Shown: one piece after another, positions 12,345-25,300 of the stretch | Position numbering within the stretch: position 1 is the stretch's first letter | Layout: each line of letters starts with the position of its first letter | Assembly (NCBI RefSeq): GCF_008831285.2 | Contig: NC_045138.2 | Span: forward strand, 6,696,001-6,760,000 | DNA length: 64,000 nt | Direction of reading: 5' to 3' | From: Nymphaea colorata | Taxonomy: Eukaryota | Notes under the pieces: model-generated | What the model was told of the DNA's origin: nothing | Seen by the model: the letters and a program-made list of their open reading frames with translations, nothing else | Database searches by the model: none | Program-made: the position numbers and the translations under genes

Positions 12345-12625
12345 ATGGAATGTAACGATGCAGGGATCCATATCTTTATTTATTTACATGCGTTCGAATG
12401 ATCCCTTCTCATAACATAATGAGAATGTACATAATCCTATTCCAATCTGCCCCGATATTGAATGAACTTATAATAATCTGATGATGGAGTCAGATTCATG
12501 ATTGTTAGTTCATGACCTCATACCGTTCCCATCTTAGGTAAAACATATCTACTAATTATTTTTTTCTAATTGCTTATAAGAGGGATCTTGAACTAAAAAT
12601 AGACCCTATAAGCTAAAAAATGGGT
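12345..12625. other. Nuclear plastid DNA insertion (NUPT): plastid IR trnL-CAA/ndhB spacer up to the ndhB stop codon
   Basis: gaatgaacttata...atctgatgat, tctactaatt and taagagggatcttgaactaa-aaatagaccctataagctaaaaaa match my recollection of the angiosperm plastid sequence next to the ndhB 3' end. ctaaaaaa reads as F-stop on the minus strand. Confidence 0.72.
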
Positions 12626-14251
12626 CTATTCTCGTGACACACAGGTTCAATAGTTTCCATCTATACATAGGAGGTTTAACTTTTTAGCTAACCCATCACT
12701 CTCTTGAATGTGTACAAACAAATTTATCTGACCACCTATTTCCCGTTTTCTACTACTAAACATTGTGAAAGCTCTGTGAAAGTCTAGTCATCAATTTAAT
12801 TTTCATTGACGCTACATTTTTGGACTGCAGACAGTGGCATATGTTACCTTTGAGTTAAAGAGAGTAATTGTAAGTTTCCCCATGTCTCGAAGTAGCCCAA
12901 GACCTTGGAGACGAAAGGAGTGGACCAAGAGCTTCTACTTCTTTGGGGTATCTCAACCCCCTTTCTATAAAGTTGTCGGTCATTGATCTGGCCTGACTGC
13001 AATTCATCTTCTTGAAACTCAATCATCCAATTGTCATACCATCAAAAACATTTTCCCCAGCCTCTTTATTCTTCCATAATAATGGTGGAGAAACCTATGA
13101 TGCTAGTAGCTAATCCCGAGTTTTGTTTTGTTCCTTCTTCATGATTGTAAGTGAATTAGCTCCTGGTTGCCTTCTCCTGCTTCAAGGTAACCTGCCAGAA
13201 AATAGATTAAATCATGGGCCAATCTCAAGACAAGTATTACAATCCACTTTCTTAAGATACGAGTTTGTGGTGCAAACTGTTCGTTTACAATAAGGTGTTG
13301 AATGGAGAATATCATATTAGAAATGCTTCTGATATATGCTCAGGTGTATATATTGTTTGGCATATATATTTCATATTAGGAGGTTGAAGAACTCTTCTTT
13401 AATTTCTCATCTACCACCACGGCTTCCAGCTCACTGAGGTAGGGGAGGGAGAGAGTTTAGATGATATCAAATGAGATTTTTAAAAACCTTTGTTTTTAAG
13501 ATTTCAGAATCTGAGATGCTCACATCTTAAATCAACTCCGGACCTAAGATCCAGGGCTATCAAATGCTACCCAAGAGAGAGATTGGATGATATGAGGAGT
13601 AAATAAGGGAAGGTAGCTTTGGTGGAAGGGCCTTTTTAAGTGGCGTGAAAAAATTACAAAATGCTTTAGCCGGCAAAAAAGGAGAGTTTGCAGAGATTGG
13701 CCTGAATGATATGCTGAATGTTTCTTTGTTGTTAAATGTAATCGTGCAATAGAGATGCTGAATCTCTGCTATTTTAGCCAAAAGTGGATTGTAGTGTGCT
13801 ATTTTGGAACCCATTGGCCTATTCATTATGGCATGATACTGTTCATGTTCTTGTTTGAGCTTATCTTTGGTTTGTAAATATTGTATTCTTTTAGAATTAT
13901 TTGGACAGGAGCTCAACTCCTAGCCGTCTTGCTTCAGGATCTTCTTGCAATAGCTTCTTTCTGTTAGGTTTGTGAAGGGCAAGTTACAATTTGAAGGGCA
14001 TAGGTTTCTAAGATCAATCAGAAACAAATCTCCCCTTTTTCCGTTGATTATATATCTATTGAGGAGATTGTAAACTAACAAATTTCCTCTTTAATACAAC
14101 TCAGTCAAATTCTTTATTATAAACTTAGCAGCTGTAAATTAAGAAAAGGGGAGACCTGCCATAGGTTAAACTTCTGAACGGGTCCATAGACACAAATAAT
14201 TGTTTACTTGGTTCAACTATCTTTAGCCAAGAATTTTTTGGTAATGGTTAC

Positions 14252-14381
<130 letters not shown>

Positions 14382-14540
14382 AAAAAAAATTAAATGGTGA
14401 CACTAACTTTTTAGATTCACCAACCCATCTAATCAAGGTCATCCAATTCAACATGATAATGATTAAGAGAGAAAAGTGATGAATACTATTGTTATTTAGT
14501 ATTAGTTTGTCCTTATAACAAGTCATCATTCACTCACTTA

Positions 14541-14611
<71 letters not shown>

Positions 14612-16009
14612 TAATACAACAAAGCATAAATCAAAGTGATCTATACGACAAATTGACATTATCACTTGCGAAACTTTGTGGAGCCGGAAAAATCCACCAC
14701 CTACATTGATCGCCATTCACTTCCCATCCACCATTGCTGTTCCTTGGACCACCACCCAGCTGCCTCTTTGTTCCACCACAAGCAACATCTGAAACCATAC
14801 AAAGGGCCCATCCGATCTCATGGTACATCTGCCATGGCTAGCGTTTCCTGTCTACTTGTTTAAACTTCCCAAAATGGCTGGGCCAGAAATTCCGAGGGAC
14901 ACTAATATAACAAATCTTACTGATTCGAAGGGCATTAACAAGTAACAAACTAAATTATATGGATGAATGAACATGTAAATAAAATAAATTATGTTGAATT
15001 TTGTAGGCAATTGCCACACAAACCCCATACGTAGTCCTCCGCCACTGTCCCCTAATAATAATTTCCATACAAAGTGCTTCCAAGTTCCACTGTCATCTTA
15101 AATTATGGAGCTGTAAATGGTTTGAATTCAGGTGATATGTCCAACTAAAATTAATGATTAACAGCAAATATGTGCACTCGGTTCTAAAATCCTGGGGTTT
15201 GTAGCAAAAAAATGGAGACGTCAATATGCAAGTTGAAGCATAATAAGAACGTTATCTCGAAACACCGAAAGCAAACCTAGATGTACTTGAGGGGATGACA
15301 TTTGAGTTACTTCAGATCTAAAATTAAAAAGAAGAGGGTTTGCTCTTAAATCCATGATTTTAAAAGCTGGAAGATCTTAAATCGGAGTAGATCAAAAGTA
15401 ATCAAGCACTTATAGAAATCGATGTACAAGTGATTTAGATTTTCAACTTGCATGCACCACATGAACAACTAACTGAATCAGATTAGTCTTCTCTTGTTTA
15501 ATGAAATTGATTGAGTAAAGTGAAAAATGGTTTTGCTTTCAAATCGTCATTTCAAGCGGTTTGAATGATTCAAAAAGTGAGTTTTGTCGAAACCCATTTT
15601 TAGCAAAACCTGTTTTTTTGAACGGGAGTGAATGACTTGACACTTCTTGGATCCTTCATTGACAGGAAAATGTCTTTTGATCCTATTATCTAAACACACA
15701 AATCAGTTTTTCAAAAATGATTTAAGAACTAATTTTTTAAGATTAATTTTGATAAAGTTAGTCTTTTTTTAGTGTGCCATCTAAATACTACCTTACCCCC
15801 AACACTAAAAATAAAGATTCTTAACCAAAGACAAAGGTTTCATTTAATAAATGCCGGTTTAATTATTATTTGTCGAAATATACTCTCTTTAACTTAAAAT
15901 TATAACGATAAAAGAACATAAAGTTAATTTTTTTAATAATAACTGTTCATCATGCAGGAGGACTTTTTAGGTCCACTTTCCCGTATGTGGGCGCTGTCAG
16001 CACAAGCAG

Positions 16010-16367
16010 TACGTGGGCACGAGACCAAGGAATGGAGGCGTCTCATGCACATTAAATTCTCAGAGGCCTACGTTAAAAACAAGGCAAGAATATTCACTCG
16101 ACGCGTGTAAAATAAAGTCCATAATCATATAATTAGGATAAAACAAATTTTTTTGTTTCCCAGTTATGTATACGTGGCACTCAATTCTAGATGAACTTGA
16201 TTCTTGGATGTCGTCCTAAAGTTCAGTTATTTCTTCTGTACTGTACCTTCCGCAGCCTACAGCTAGTGAAGCTCGCAAGATAAACAGCAGAGAAAAAGCT
16301 CAGGCGAGCTTCTCTCCCTCATCTGCTTCCTGGAATCCTAAATTCTAATTCCCCACCAAAACCCTAG
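16010..16367 (+). promoter_or_regulatory. DRP5A proximal promoter/5'UTR motifs: ACGTG cores, CGCG box, telo-box
   Basis: TACGTGG at 16010 and 16171, ACGCGTG at 16101, and AAACCCTA at 16359-16366 just upstream of the ATG. Motif matches only. Confidence 0.4.
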
Positions 16368-16380
16368 GAGAGGACCAATC

Positions 16381-19300
16381 ATGGAGTCCATGTCCATAAA
16401 TGGTGCCTCTTCTGTTTCTTCATCTCCTTCTCTGTCTCAGCATAATGACGCACCGCCACCAGCTTCACCAAACCAGAATGCAAGTGATACGGAGCGCCGC
16501 AACTCTGCGCCGCCGGTCTTACTGGGGGACGGCTGCGAGAAGCTCTACGACGCCTACAACGAGCTGCACGGCCTGGCCCAGGAGTTCCACACCCCCTTCG
16601 ACGCACCGGCCATCCTCGTCGTCGGTCATCAGACGGACGGGAAGAGCGCCCTCGTGGAGGCGCTCATGGGGTTCCAGTTCAACCACGTCGGCGGCGGGAC
16701 AAAGACCAGGCGGCCCATTACTCTGCACATGAAGTACAACGCCTTGTGCGAAGAGCCGCTCTGTCACCTCGTCTCCGAGGGCGATCCGATGCTGTCGGAG
16801 GAGAAGAGCCTTGACGAGATTCAAGTATGGAAAATTCTTGGTTCGGAATGTGTTGGACATTTTATGGTGTGGTCCTAGGATGTTGGTGTTCTGAACTTTG
16901 ATGGATTTTGATATTCCTTCTTGTTGGTGTAATTGAGTTTATCCACATTATTTGGAACGCTTCACGAACTCATTTTCCACGAAGTTTATTCTGTTGATGT
17001 CGCTTGAAATTGCTTCTTTGTCTATCAGTCTGAGACTGGCGCTGTCTCTATTAACACATTGCGCTGTCTCTGTTAACACATTGTGCAATTTGGTTAGTTT
17101 TATAGAGGAGCTCCTCCTCATTTAGGCACGTAGTGTGCCTATCAGAAAAGATTCTTAAGTTAGGCCAAAGGAAATACAATCAAAGGCGCATTTCTAGTAA
17201 AGAAACCATCCTAAAATGTTTTAAGTTCTGCATTGGATTATGCATGGTAGACTGTTAAATGAAAACCTTTGCTACGTTTATATGAATATTTAAGAACGAA
17301 AAAAAAAGACAGTGAATCACATAAAGCTATGGGCTTTTTCAAGATGCAATGACTGACTAGCTAAATTATTGTATATGGTGAAAAATGTACCATTTCCTAG
17401 CTGTTACAAATGACCGTTTCAAGATCCAGAACCATAAAAAGCTGAAAATGCAATTCTGGAGTAATAGAACGATTACCAAATAAAAACCTCATACCATAAA
17501 CAGCAGAGCTCCTAACACGGTGATAATCACATCATTACATGTCTCTCTATGTTTATTAGATGTCATCTCCTGCATGTTCATGATGTGAGCATCAAAACCT
17601 AGTAACACGTTAAACTTTGTGCTCAAGGATATGGATTTCTGATTGGTACTCAAGGTGCCCGAATATTCTATGTTCACTTGTTTGCTCCAGCATCATGGAA
17701 GACCAGTCTAGTAAATTATATGGCACTTACTCTGTTTTCATCTCAAAAGATCTGATATCCCATGAACATTCTTCTAGGAAGACCTTTCTATATCAAGATA
17801 TGACTACTTTGGCATATATTTATCTTAGCGAAACCATGAAGACATTTGCAATTTTTTTCTCTGTGCGCAAATTTAATTTTGATGATGCATTAAACAGATC
17901 GGCAAATGTTGGTTCTGTTATTGTTAGGTTTGGTTTATCTTTTTGATTTTCTACTGCTTATTTAGCTGATCGTTGCAGGAACTATGCCATTTCATCTTCA
18001 AGTAGCATATTTTGTGCTAGTTCAAATCAATAACTATTAATAGTGGTAAACAGGCATATATTGAAGCTGAAAACATGAGGCTTGAGCGTGATGCATGCCA
18101 GTTCTCTACAAAGGAAATAACAATTGGAGTTGAATATAAATACTGCCCAAACCTCACAATCATTGACACACCAGGCCTTGTTGCTCCCGCTCCAGGCAGG
18201 AAAAATAGAATGTTGCAGGTACATACATTTACAGCAGTATGAAGCTTTGAATTTTAGGTAATGTTAAGATGGATGTCATCCACTGAAGCAACTATTGATT
18301 TCTACATGCCACATTCATGTATCATGAAGTTTAACGTTTTTGCATTTTGGGGGTCTATTTCATCATCTCATACTTATTCATGCTCCTGTTCTTCGACTTA
18401 TTGCAGTTATCTGTTTTTTTGCAGTAGAAATTAGGTCAAGATAGGCTTATGTTGATTCTTGTTTGTTAAAGGCTATCATCATTTGTTCTTATATTAATTG
18501 GGAAAACATGAAATAACTACAAATTAGGACAAATTAAAACACTATTGCATGTTTGTTCAGCTGATTCCTATTGGTTTTACCTTCCAATTTTGTGACTTAA
18601 AGGAGAAAATTGAATTAAGTTTATTCTTTAGAAAGTTCAAAACATTTATTGCTTTACATACACACACACACACACACTTTCTTACTTTTTATAGTATTAT
18701 AATTGATCCTAGAAATTTGTGTTACAGTAGTTCCATATCCTCAATTTTGTATAGATGCCATCTATTACTCTGGATGAGAAAAAGAAAAAGTGGATCAGTT
18801 TTGAATGGTTGGTTTAGCATTTAATTTTTTGTCTGCTGGTTCTCTGAAAATTGTTCAAGTATTCCTCCATGGAACAATCTTAGTTTTTAATTTTTTCTTT
18901 TTCTTTCATGAACTGACTTCAAAAATACATTTGAAGGCTCAAGCACGCTCAGTTGAAGCTCTTGTGAGAGAAAAGATGCAGCATAAGGAGTTTATCATTC
19001 TCTGCCTTGAAGACTGTAGTGATTGGAGTAATGCTACAACTCGTCGGGTGGTGATGCAGGTGCTTCTGGGCATGCATAACATCCAGTTTTTAGTTCACAT
19101 CAGACCTTTATTTTCTTGCAGTATGATGACCTTCCTTTGGCTGGTGCATACACCAAGATGTTAGTATTATACACAAAAACCACTGATTGTTTAATGGTTT
19201 TATTCACAGATTGATCCTGAACTGTCAAGGACTGTTGTGGTCTCCACAAAGCTTGACACTAAAATTTTGCAATTTGCACGGTCTTCTGATGTCGAAGTGT

Positions 19301-22300
19301 TTCTGAAACCACCTGCCCGCACTCTTGATGGGAGCATTTTGGGGGGATCTCCATTCTTCACGTCTGTACCATCTGGAAGAGTGGGTTCTGGACATGAATC
19401 TGTTTTTAGGTCAAATGATGAATTTAAACAGGTAATTTTCACAATTTCATTGTCTCAAACAATTCTGGCATTTATGTCCTTCCTTTCTTTAAGAGGCTTC
19501 TGAAATTGTATGCATCTTTATATGAGTATACAGGACCTCTGCAAGTGACATATTTGGTAATAAGAATAATCTTTTTTTTTTTTTCTTCTTCTGTTAGTAT
19601 ATTCTCGCGACCTTCCATTTTCTTTCCCATCATTATAGATTTTTATTTTTTGTTTTCTTGTGTAAACTATAAACTCTAAAGTTATTGGTCAGCCATTCTT
19701 CGATGAAAAGTTAGTGTTCTTCTGTCAGAGTTCAAATTTGAGTCTTGAAAAATAAAATAGTCCTTGGACATTTTGTTGCTTCAAATTTGTGGCAGGGATA
19801 AAAATAAAGGTTTTACTATGGGCATGGAACAGATCGTGGTAGTGATTTAGTGTCTTAGATTGTCTAATCCAATTGAGTTGGAACTTGGAAGTGAAATAGT
19901 ATTTCTTATTTCAGGCTGTTTCTTTGAGGGAAATACAAGATATTGCTTCTTTGGAAGAAAAATTAGGCCGCTCTTTGTCAAAGGATGAAAGATCAAGAAT
20001 TGGTGTTAGCAGCCTTAGGTTGTTTCTTGAGGAACTACTGCGGAGAAGGTACTTTCTACACATTTGCCTTAATCTGATAGATCTTTTTTTTTTTTTTTTG
20101 AACTAAAAGCTGTTTAAATTTTTGGATGTAAGATACATGGACAGTGTCCCTCTGATAATCCCCCTTCTTGAGAAGGAATACCGCAGCACCACAAGAAAAT
20201 TGCATGAAATAAGCCAGGAACTGAAGTAAGTTTCTCAACAAGCACCCTGCATATGGGCATGGTGAGCTAAAAGGCATGTATGAGCATGAAAAGTGAGATT
20301 ATTGATGTGCAACTGTCATTTCATGTGCTGTCGTCGCTTTCTGCATTGTGCTGTCAATAGCGGAAAATACCTGCATACTTTCTATTCTGATCTTCAAATT
20401 CTGCTATTCATAGTACAAAAGTTGTCTCCAATAACTTAAATATTTCTTTTTTAAGATATTTGTTTGATTGTTTATATATCATGATTTCCTTTGAGACAGC
20501 AACATGGATGAAGTAAAATTGAAGGAGAAGGGACGTGTTTTTCACGATTCACTGTTAACCAAGGTTTTAATCTATGTACATATCTTTGTTAAATCCTTTA
20601 ATTATTAAATTCCCAACTTGTTCATTAGAGCAGTCAACTGGTGCCACATATTTACTTTGTTTTTCTAAGATTCTGAAAACTGCTGACTTGTCTCTTAAGA
20701 TGAAAACTTATACTAGAGTTATGCAGAATCGTCAACCTTTTATGTGCTTACTTTCAAAATCTACTCTTTTTACAGCTTTCACTACTATTGAAGGGAACCG
20801 TGGTTGCACCTCCTGACAAATTTGGTAATGTTCTTTTCCCAAAGTTTGTATGCATGTATATACATGGTATCAGTGTGTCTGCTTTGAATTTGCTAACTCA
20901 TCACAAACAAGATCTTGTCCTTTGGCTGTCAAGATGTCTCTGCCAGAACTTGTCACAAACCGTATTTGTTATTTGGTTGTAGGAGAGACATTACAAGATG
21001 AAAGGGTCAATGGAGGAGCTTTCCATGGCACCGATGGCCTTCAGATTCCATACAAGTTCATGCCAGTAAGTTCTAGGATTATATGGTTTGACTGTTACAA
21101 AAGATTGTTATCTCTGTTGGGAGCCTAGCCTGAAAGGAATACTCAGTAAACAAGCTATAAACATAATCCTAATGAGAATTGAAGACAAGAACCCTCCGTA
21201 TATACATATAAATATAGCCGCAAATATAACTTTCTGGTTTTATTGGCGAGGTTTTTCTTGGGTATTTTTCAGTAACGTTGTCTTTTTTTTTTTTTGGATT
21301 GGGTGGGAGAAATCTCGGACATTTGAAATACATTAAAAATACAAATGTTGGCAAAAATACAATAAATGAGAAACTAATAGAAGACATAAAAAACATGTAG
21401 TTAATGGTAAAAATGATAAAGTAATTAGCATTGCATTGTGTTGCATCTAGGAGGTCACATTGAATACCTAAAACAAAAGGAAATAAAACATTGAAACAAA
21501 AGTAGAAGAAAATGAAAGCAGAAAATGAAATAAAAAGGCAGCAGCAAAATCGTGATAAGTTGATTTTTAATGTTTTTCTAAAATATCACAATTTTTTTTA
21601 TTTTTTTCTTTAATATTATGATATCTTAAAAAATATCCCGATATGTGTGGCTATGTATATGACCAAAAGCAACCTTGTGATGTCCAACAGCTTGAGTAGT
21701 TTTAAGCAGTATTTTAGCTCTAATCATTTGTTCCCACAATCTCTTTCACTGGGCAATCAATTCTTTTTTCTGGAATAGACAAGAAGACTAATTCTTTACA
21801 GAAAGCGTCTAGGCATATTCATTATCAGTTCCATAGTCTCAGATTTCATGCTGTTTCAGTTTGCTGGCTGATACAGCCATTGTTATCAATATATGTGCAT
21901 ATTGGCCCCTATTGGATAATGCACAGAGTACCGGCTCCTCTCTGCAATGAGCAGGGGCTACTTTCAAAAGGCGACGATATGAGGGACAAGCCATATCAGC
22001 ATGTATCAGCCAATTCTGCCCCATGTAGGGTGATGTTTCAATAAAAATAACAAAAATGATTTTTTTTTCAGTTTTTTATTAAGAAACATAGCCACAACTA
22101 TTGTGATAAGTTTAAAAATATTATGATATTCACGAAAAAATGAAAAAACAAAAAAAGGAAAAAAATGTGATATTTTGAAAAAAAAAAGTGAAAATCAATT
22201 TATCGTGATTTTATCGTGTTTTTTTATTTCATTTTTTGTTCTCATCTTTTTTCAACTTTTGTTTCATTGTTTTATTTCCTCTTGTTTTAGGTGTTCAGTG

Positions 22301-25300
22301 TGACCTCCTAGATGCAAGACAATGCTTATGACTTTATCATTGCTATCATTTTAAGTAGATTTTTTTTTATGTCTGCTTATTAGTTTCTCATTTTTTTTTT
22401 TATTTAAAAAAAAACTTTTAAGATTTTCTCAAGTTTTTTCAGATAAAAACCCAAGAAAACCTCACTGATAAAAACCTGAGAACGATATTTGCGGCTATGT
22501 AAAGAAATGCCAGATAAAGATCAATAGGTGCTGATGCGTATTGAGTCATACAGGCATAACATTTAGGTCTATCATGTGATTTGGAAAACATTTACAATGC
22601 TGGATACAGTGTGTTGGCGAACATGCATTGGCCCATATAGGGCTATTTTCATTTTTCTTATTTTCAAAAATTAACAAAAATTCGTAAATATTTATTAAGT
22701 AAAATTTTTTTAATCCTGTAAGATCTTTTTGTGTTTTCTGCTGATGCAATGCATATTCTAACATGGTCAATACAAGATCAAAATTGGCAAATACTGCTTC
22801 CAGTTACTGGCAAAATGTACACAGCTGAAGATGCCTCTTATTCATAGAGTTTCCTTCATTCAATAAGATTTTGATTCAAGAAAAAGGATAGCATTGAGCA
22901 GCATGACGGTTTGCTTAAAAAGCACTATTATACGCTTCAGGTTTCCATGACCTAGAGGTGTCAACATGGTTCCCGTATTCTAGGTCCCATGATTTCATAA
23001 GGGTGGTTACATTTGGTATCGTGTACTATTCAACAAGTGGTGACTCCTTTTGTCTATTGAATACTGTTTGCTCTCAGAATGCAGGAATGCGTCTTTATGG
23101 AGGTGCACAATATCATAGAGCTATGGCTGAATTTCGCTTTGTGGTTGGTGGTATTAAGTGTCCTCAAATTACTCGAGAAGAAATAGTGAATGCATGTGGA
23201 GTTGAAGATGTTCACGATGGGACTAACTATTTCAGGTATGACTTGCCTTTAGTACTTTTTGCAAATGAAATCTTCAACACTGCTCTCATGTGTTTGGTTC
23301 TTATCATGACATCCATAAATTTTTTTAGGAGTGCTTGTGTGATCGCTGTTGCAAAAGCGAGGGACACATTCGAACCTTTTCTCCATCAGGCAACATTTCT
23401 TTCTTTCTTTGCTTCTTTATGAGTTTTCTACTTTTCTTTTATCTTGAAATGCTGCTAATAAAAGGCAAAAACCAGCTTCAAGAAAATATTGGTCACTTCG
23501 ACTATGTCCCAAACAGCATCTGGAAGGAAGGAATTTTGCATGGACCAGCCTTGCTTGACTTATTACCAGTTGATATTTTGCCAAACTAAGCGCATTCTGG
23601 TGTATTGGCACAGGCTGTAGAGGCATCTTTACATGCATATATCGAACATGTGAAAGTATTTGCAATGCCATCTTGGCCGCATGAATTTATGCATCACATA
23701 ATTAATCATTATATTTAGTTCCATTTGGAACAGGACCTAGGGTCATGGCAAAAAAAGATTCCTTCTGAACATGCATAACTAAGTTTCATGTTCATAACTT
23801 CATATCAGTGTCTAATTATTTCTACTTGTGTCATGGAGGAAACTTTTTCTCTTGGATCCTGAAGCTCAACGGTGTGATGTTACTTCTAATTGGCTTCAGT
23901 TTTCCTTTTAGCTTGAAAAAATCAAGGACCAGGCTGAATCCTGCTTATTGTTGTCTTCCAATTTGGTGGCTGCTTCTATTACTTTCCTATTGTCCAGTTC
24001 TGATCTTCTCAAGTTGATCAATGGGCCATTGGGGACAAAATAATTAACGGTTTCACATCGATTTCTTGCTAAATCTGGATTTATTCTGAAAAGCCGTAGG
24101 TTTGGTCGTTGATCAGCTTTATGGCTGAAACTCACTTCATAATATAGTTATAGCAGAAAATTGATTCCCGGCGTTTTATGAATATGCTTTGAGCTGGATC
24201 TTGTTGTTCACTGCACTCCAATAATGGCTTTCGGAAAATTACCATACAAAAAGCATTGTTGTTCCTGGTAGTGATGGATTCTTTCATTCTCACTCCTAGA
24301 CTGCAAGCAGGTTCTTCATTTTTCAGTTATGCTATTATACATTGTGCTAATGATCCTTATGTTGCTGATTCAATCTCTTTGGGGATTTGTGTTTACTAAC
24401 AATCTAAAATAAAATTTCATCTACTTCTGTACTCGACTCATTGAGGTGCTTTTGATTTTCTTTTTTCTGTAATTAGATGCCTTACTTGGATCAAGTTCTT
24501 GATATAGCTCCAGAATAAAAAAAAAAAAAGCAAGGAGAGAGAAAAGATATGGTGAGAGAGAGGGAAAATGGGGTGAGAAAAACCAATCTCAAAATGGGAC
24601 TGGTTGAACCCATTCTCTAGATATATGTGTGTATACCTGTCCGTTTTTGTGTGTGCATCACACCGACATCTTCACTGCATGCATGTGACATAGGTTTGAA
24701 AGTTTCTGTTTCCTTTTCTCCTGTACTATTCTTCACTCTTGCTAATATGTAGTTGCTTTTCATCTTCCTTGTGCCAGTTGGGGTTTAGACTTCTTCACAT
24801 TTTGAAGAGACTGCTTCCCATCTCTATCTACCTACTGCAAGTATGGCTCCTATCTTCTTTAATGACTTCTGAATCATGATCCATATGGATTAAGGAATTC
24901 CTCAGCATTTCTGTCAAGCTAGACATATTCCTCATTGGCTCACAAATTTTTAAAATACCAAATTTATTTAACCTTGAGCAGAAAGATGGTGAATATTTTA
25001 TTGGCCACGATGTATTTCTGAGGCGTGTTGAGGCAGCATTCAATTCTTTTGCAGAATCTACGGAGCGAGCATGTCGTGAAAAGTTAGTCATCTTTGCCAA
25101 GCACTTTAATAGTAGAGTAATTTTCTAAATGCAACTTATTGAATTTCGTTTTATCAAAAGGTGGGGAAGTTCCAACATGGCTGCATGATTATTCATTCAT
25201 ATTTTTTGTAAGTGAATAGTCCGTGGAAATTGTCGCAGGAAACATTGGTCAATGTTCTTAAAAGCACCATCATTCACAAGTGGACTACAAACACATATAA

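Noticed and set aside
15900..16380. Expected MSA (AACGG) mitotic elements in the DRP5A promoter
   Set aside because: No cluster seen in the proximal region; only one AACGG at 15621, which is uninformative.
16379..16860. Alternative-frame and antisense ORFs over DRP5A exon 1
   Set aside because: Shadow ORFs caused by high GC content in a real exon.
17039..17082. 22-bp tandem duplication in DRP5A intron 1 (another at 32382-32422)
   Set aside because: Real but ordinary slippage duplications.
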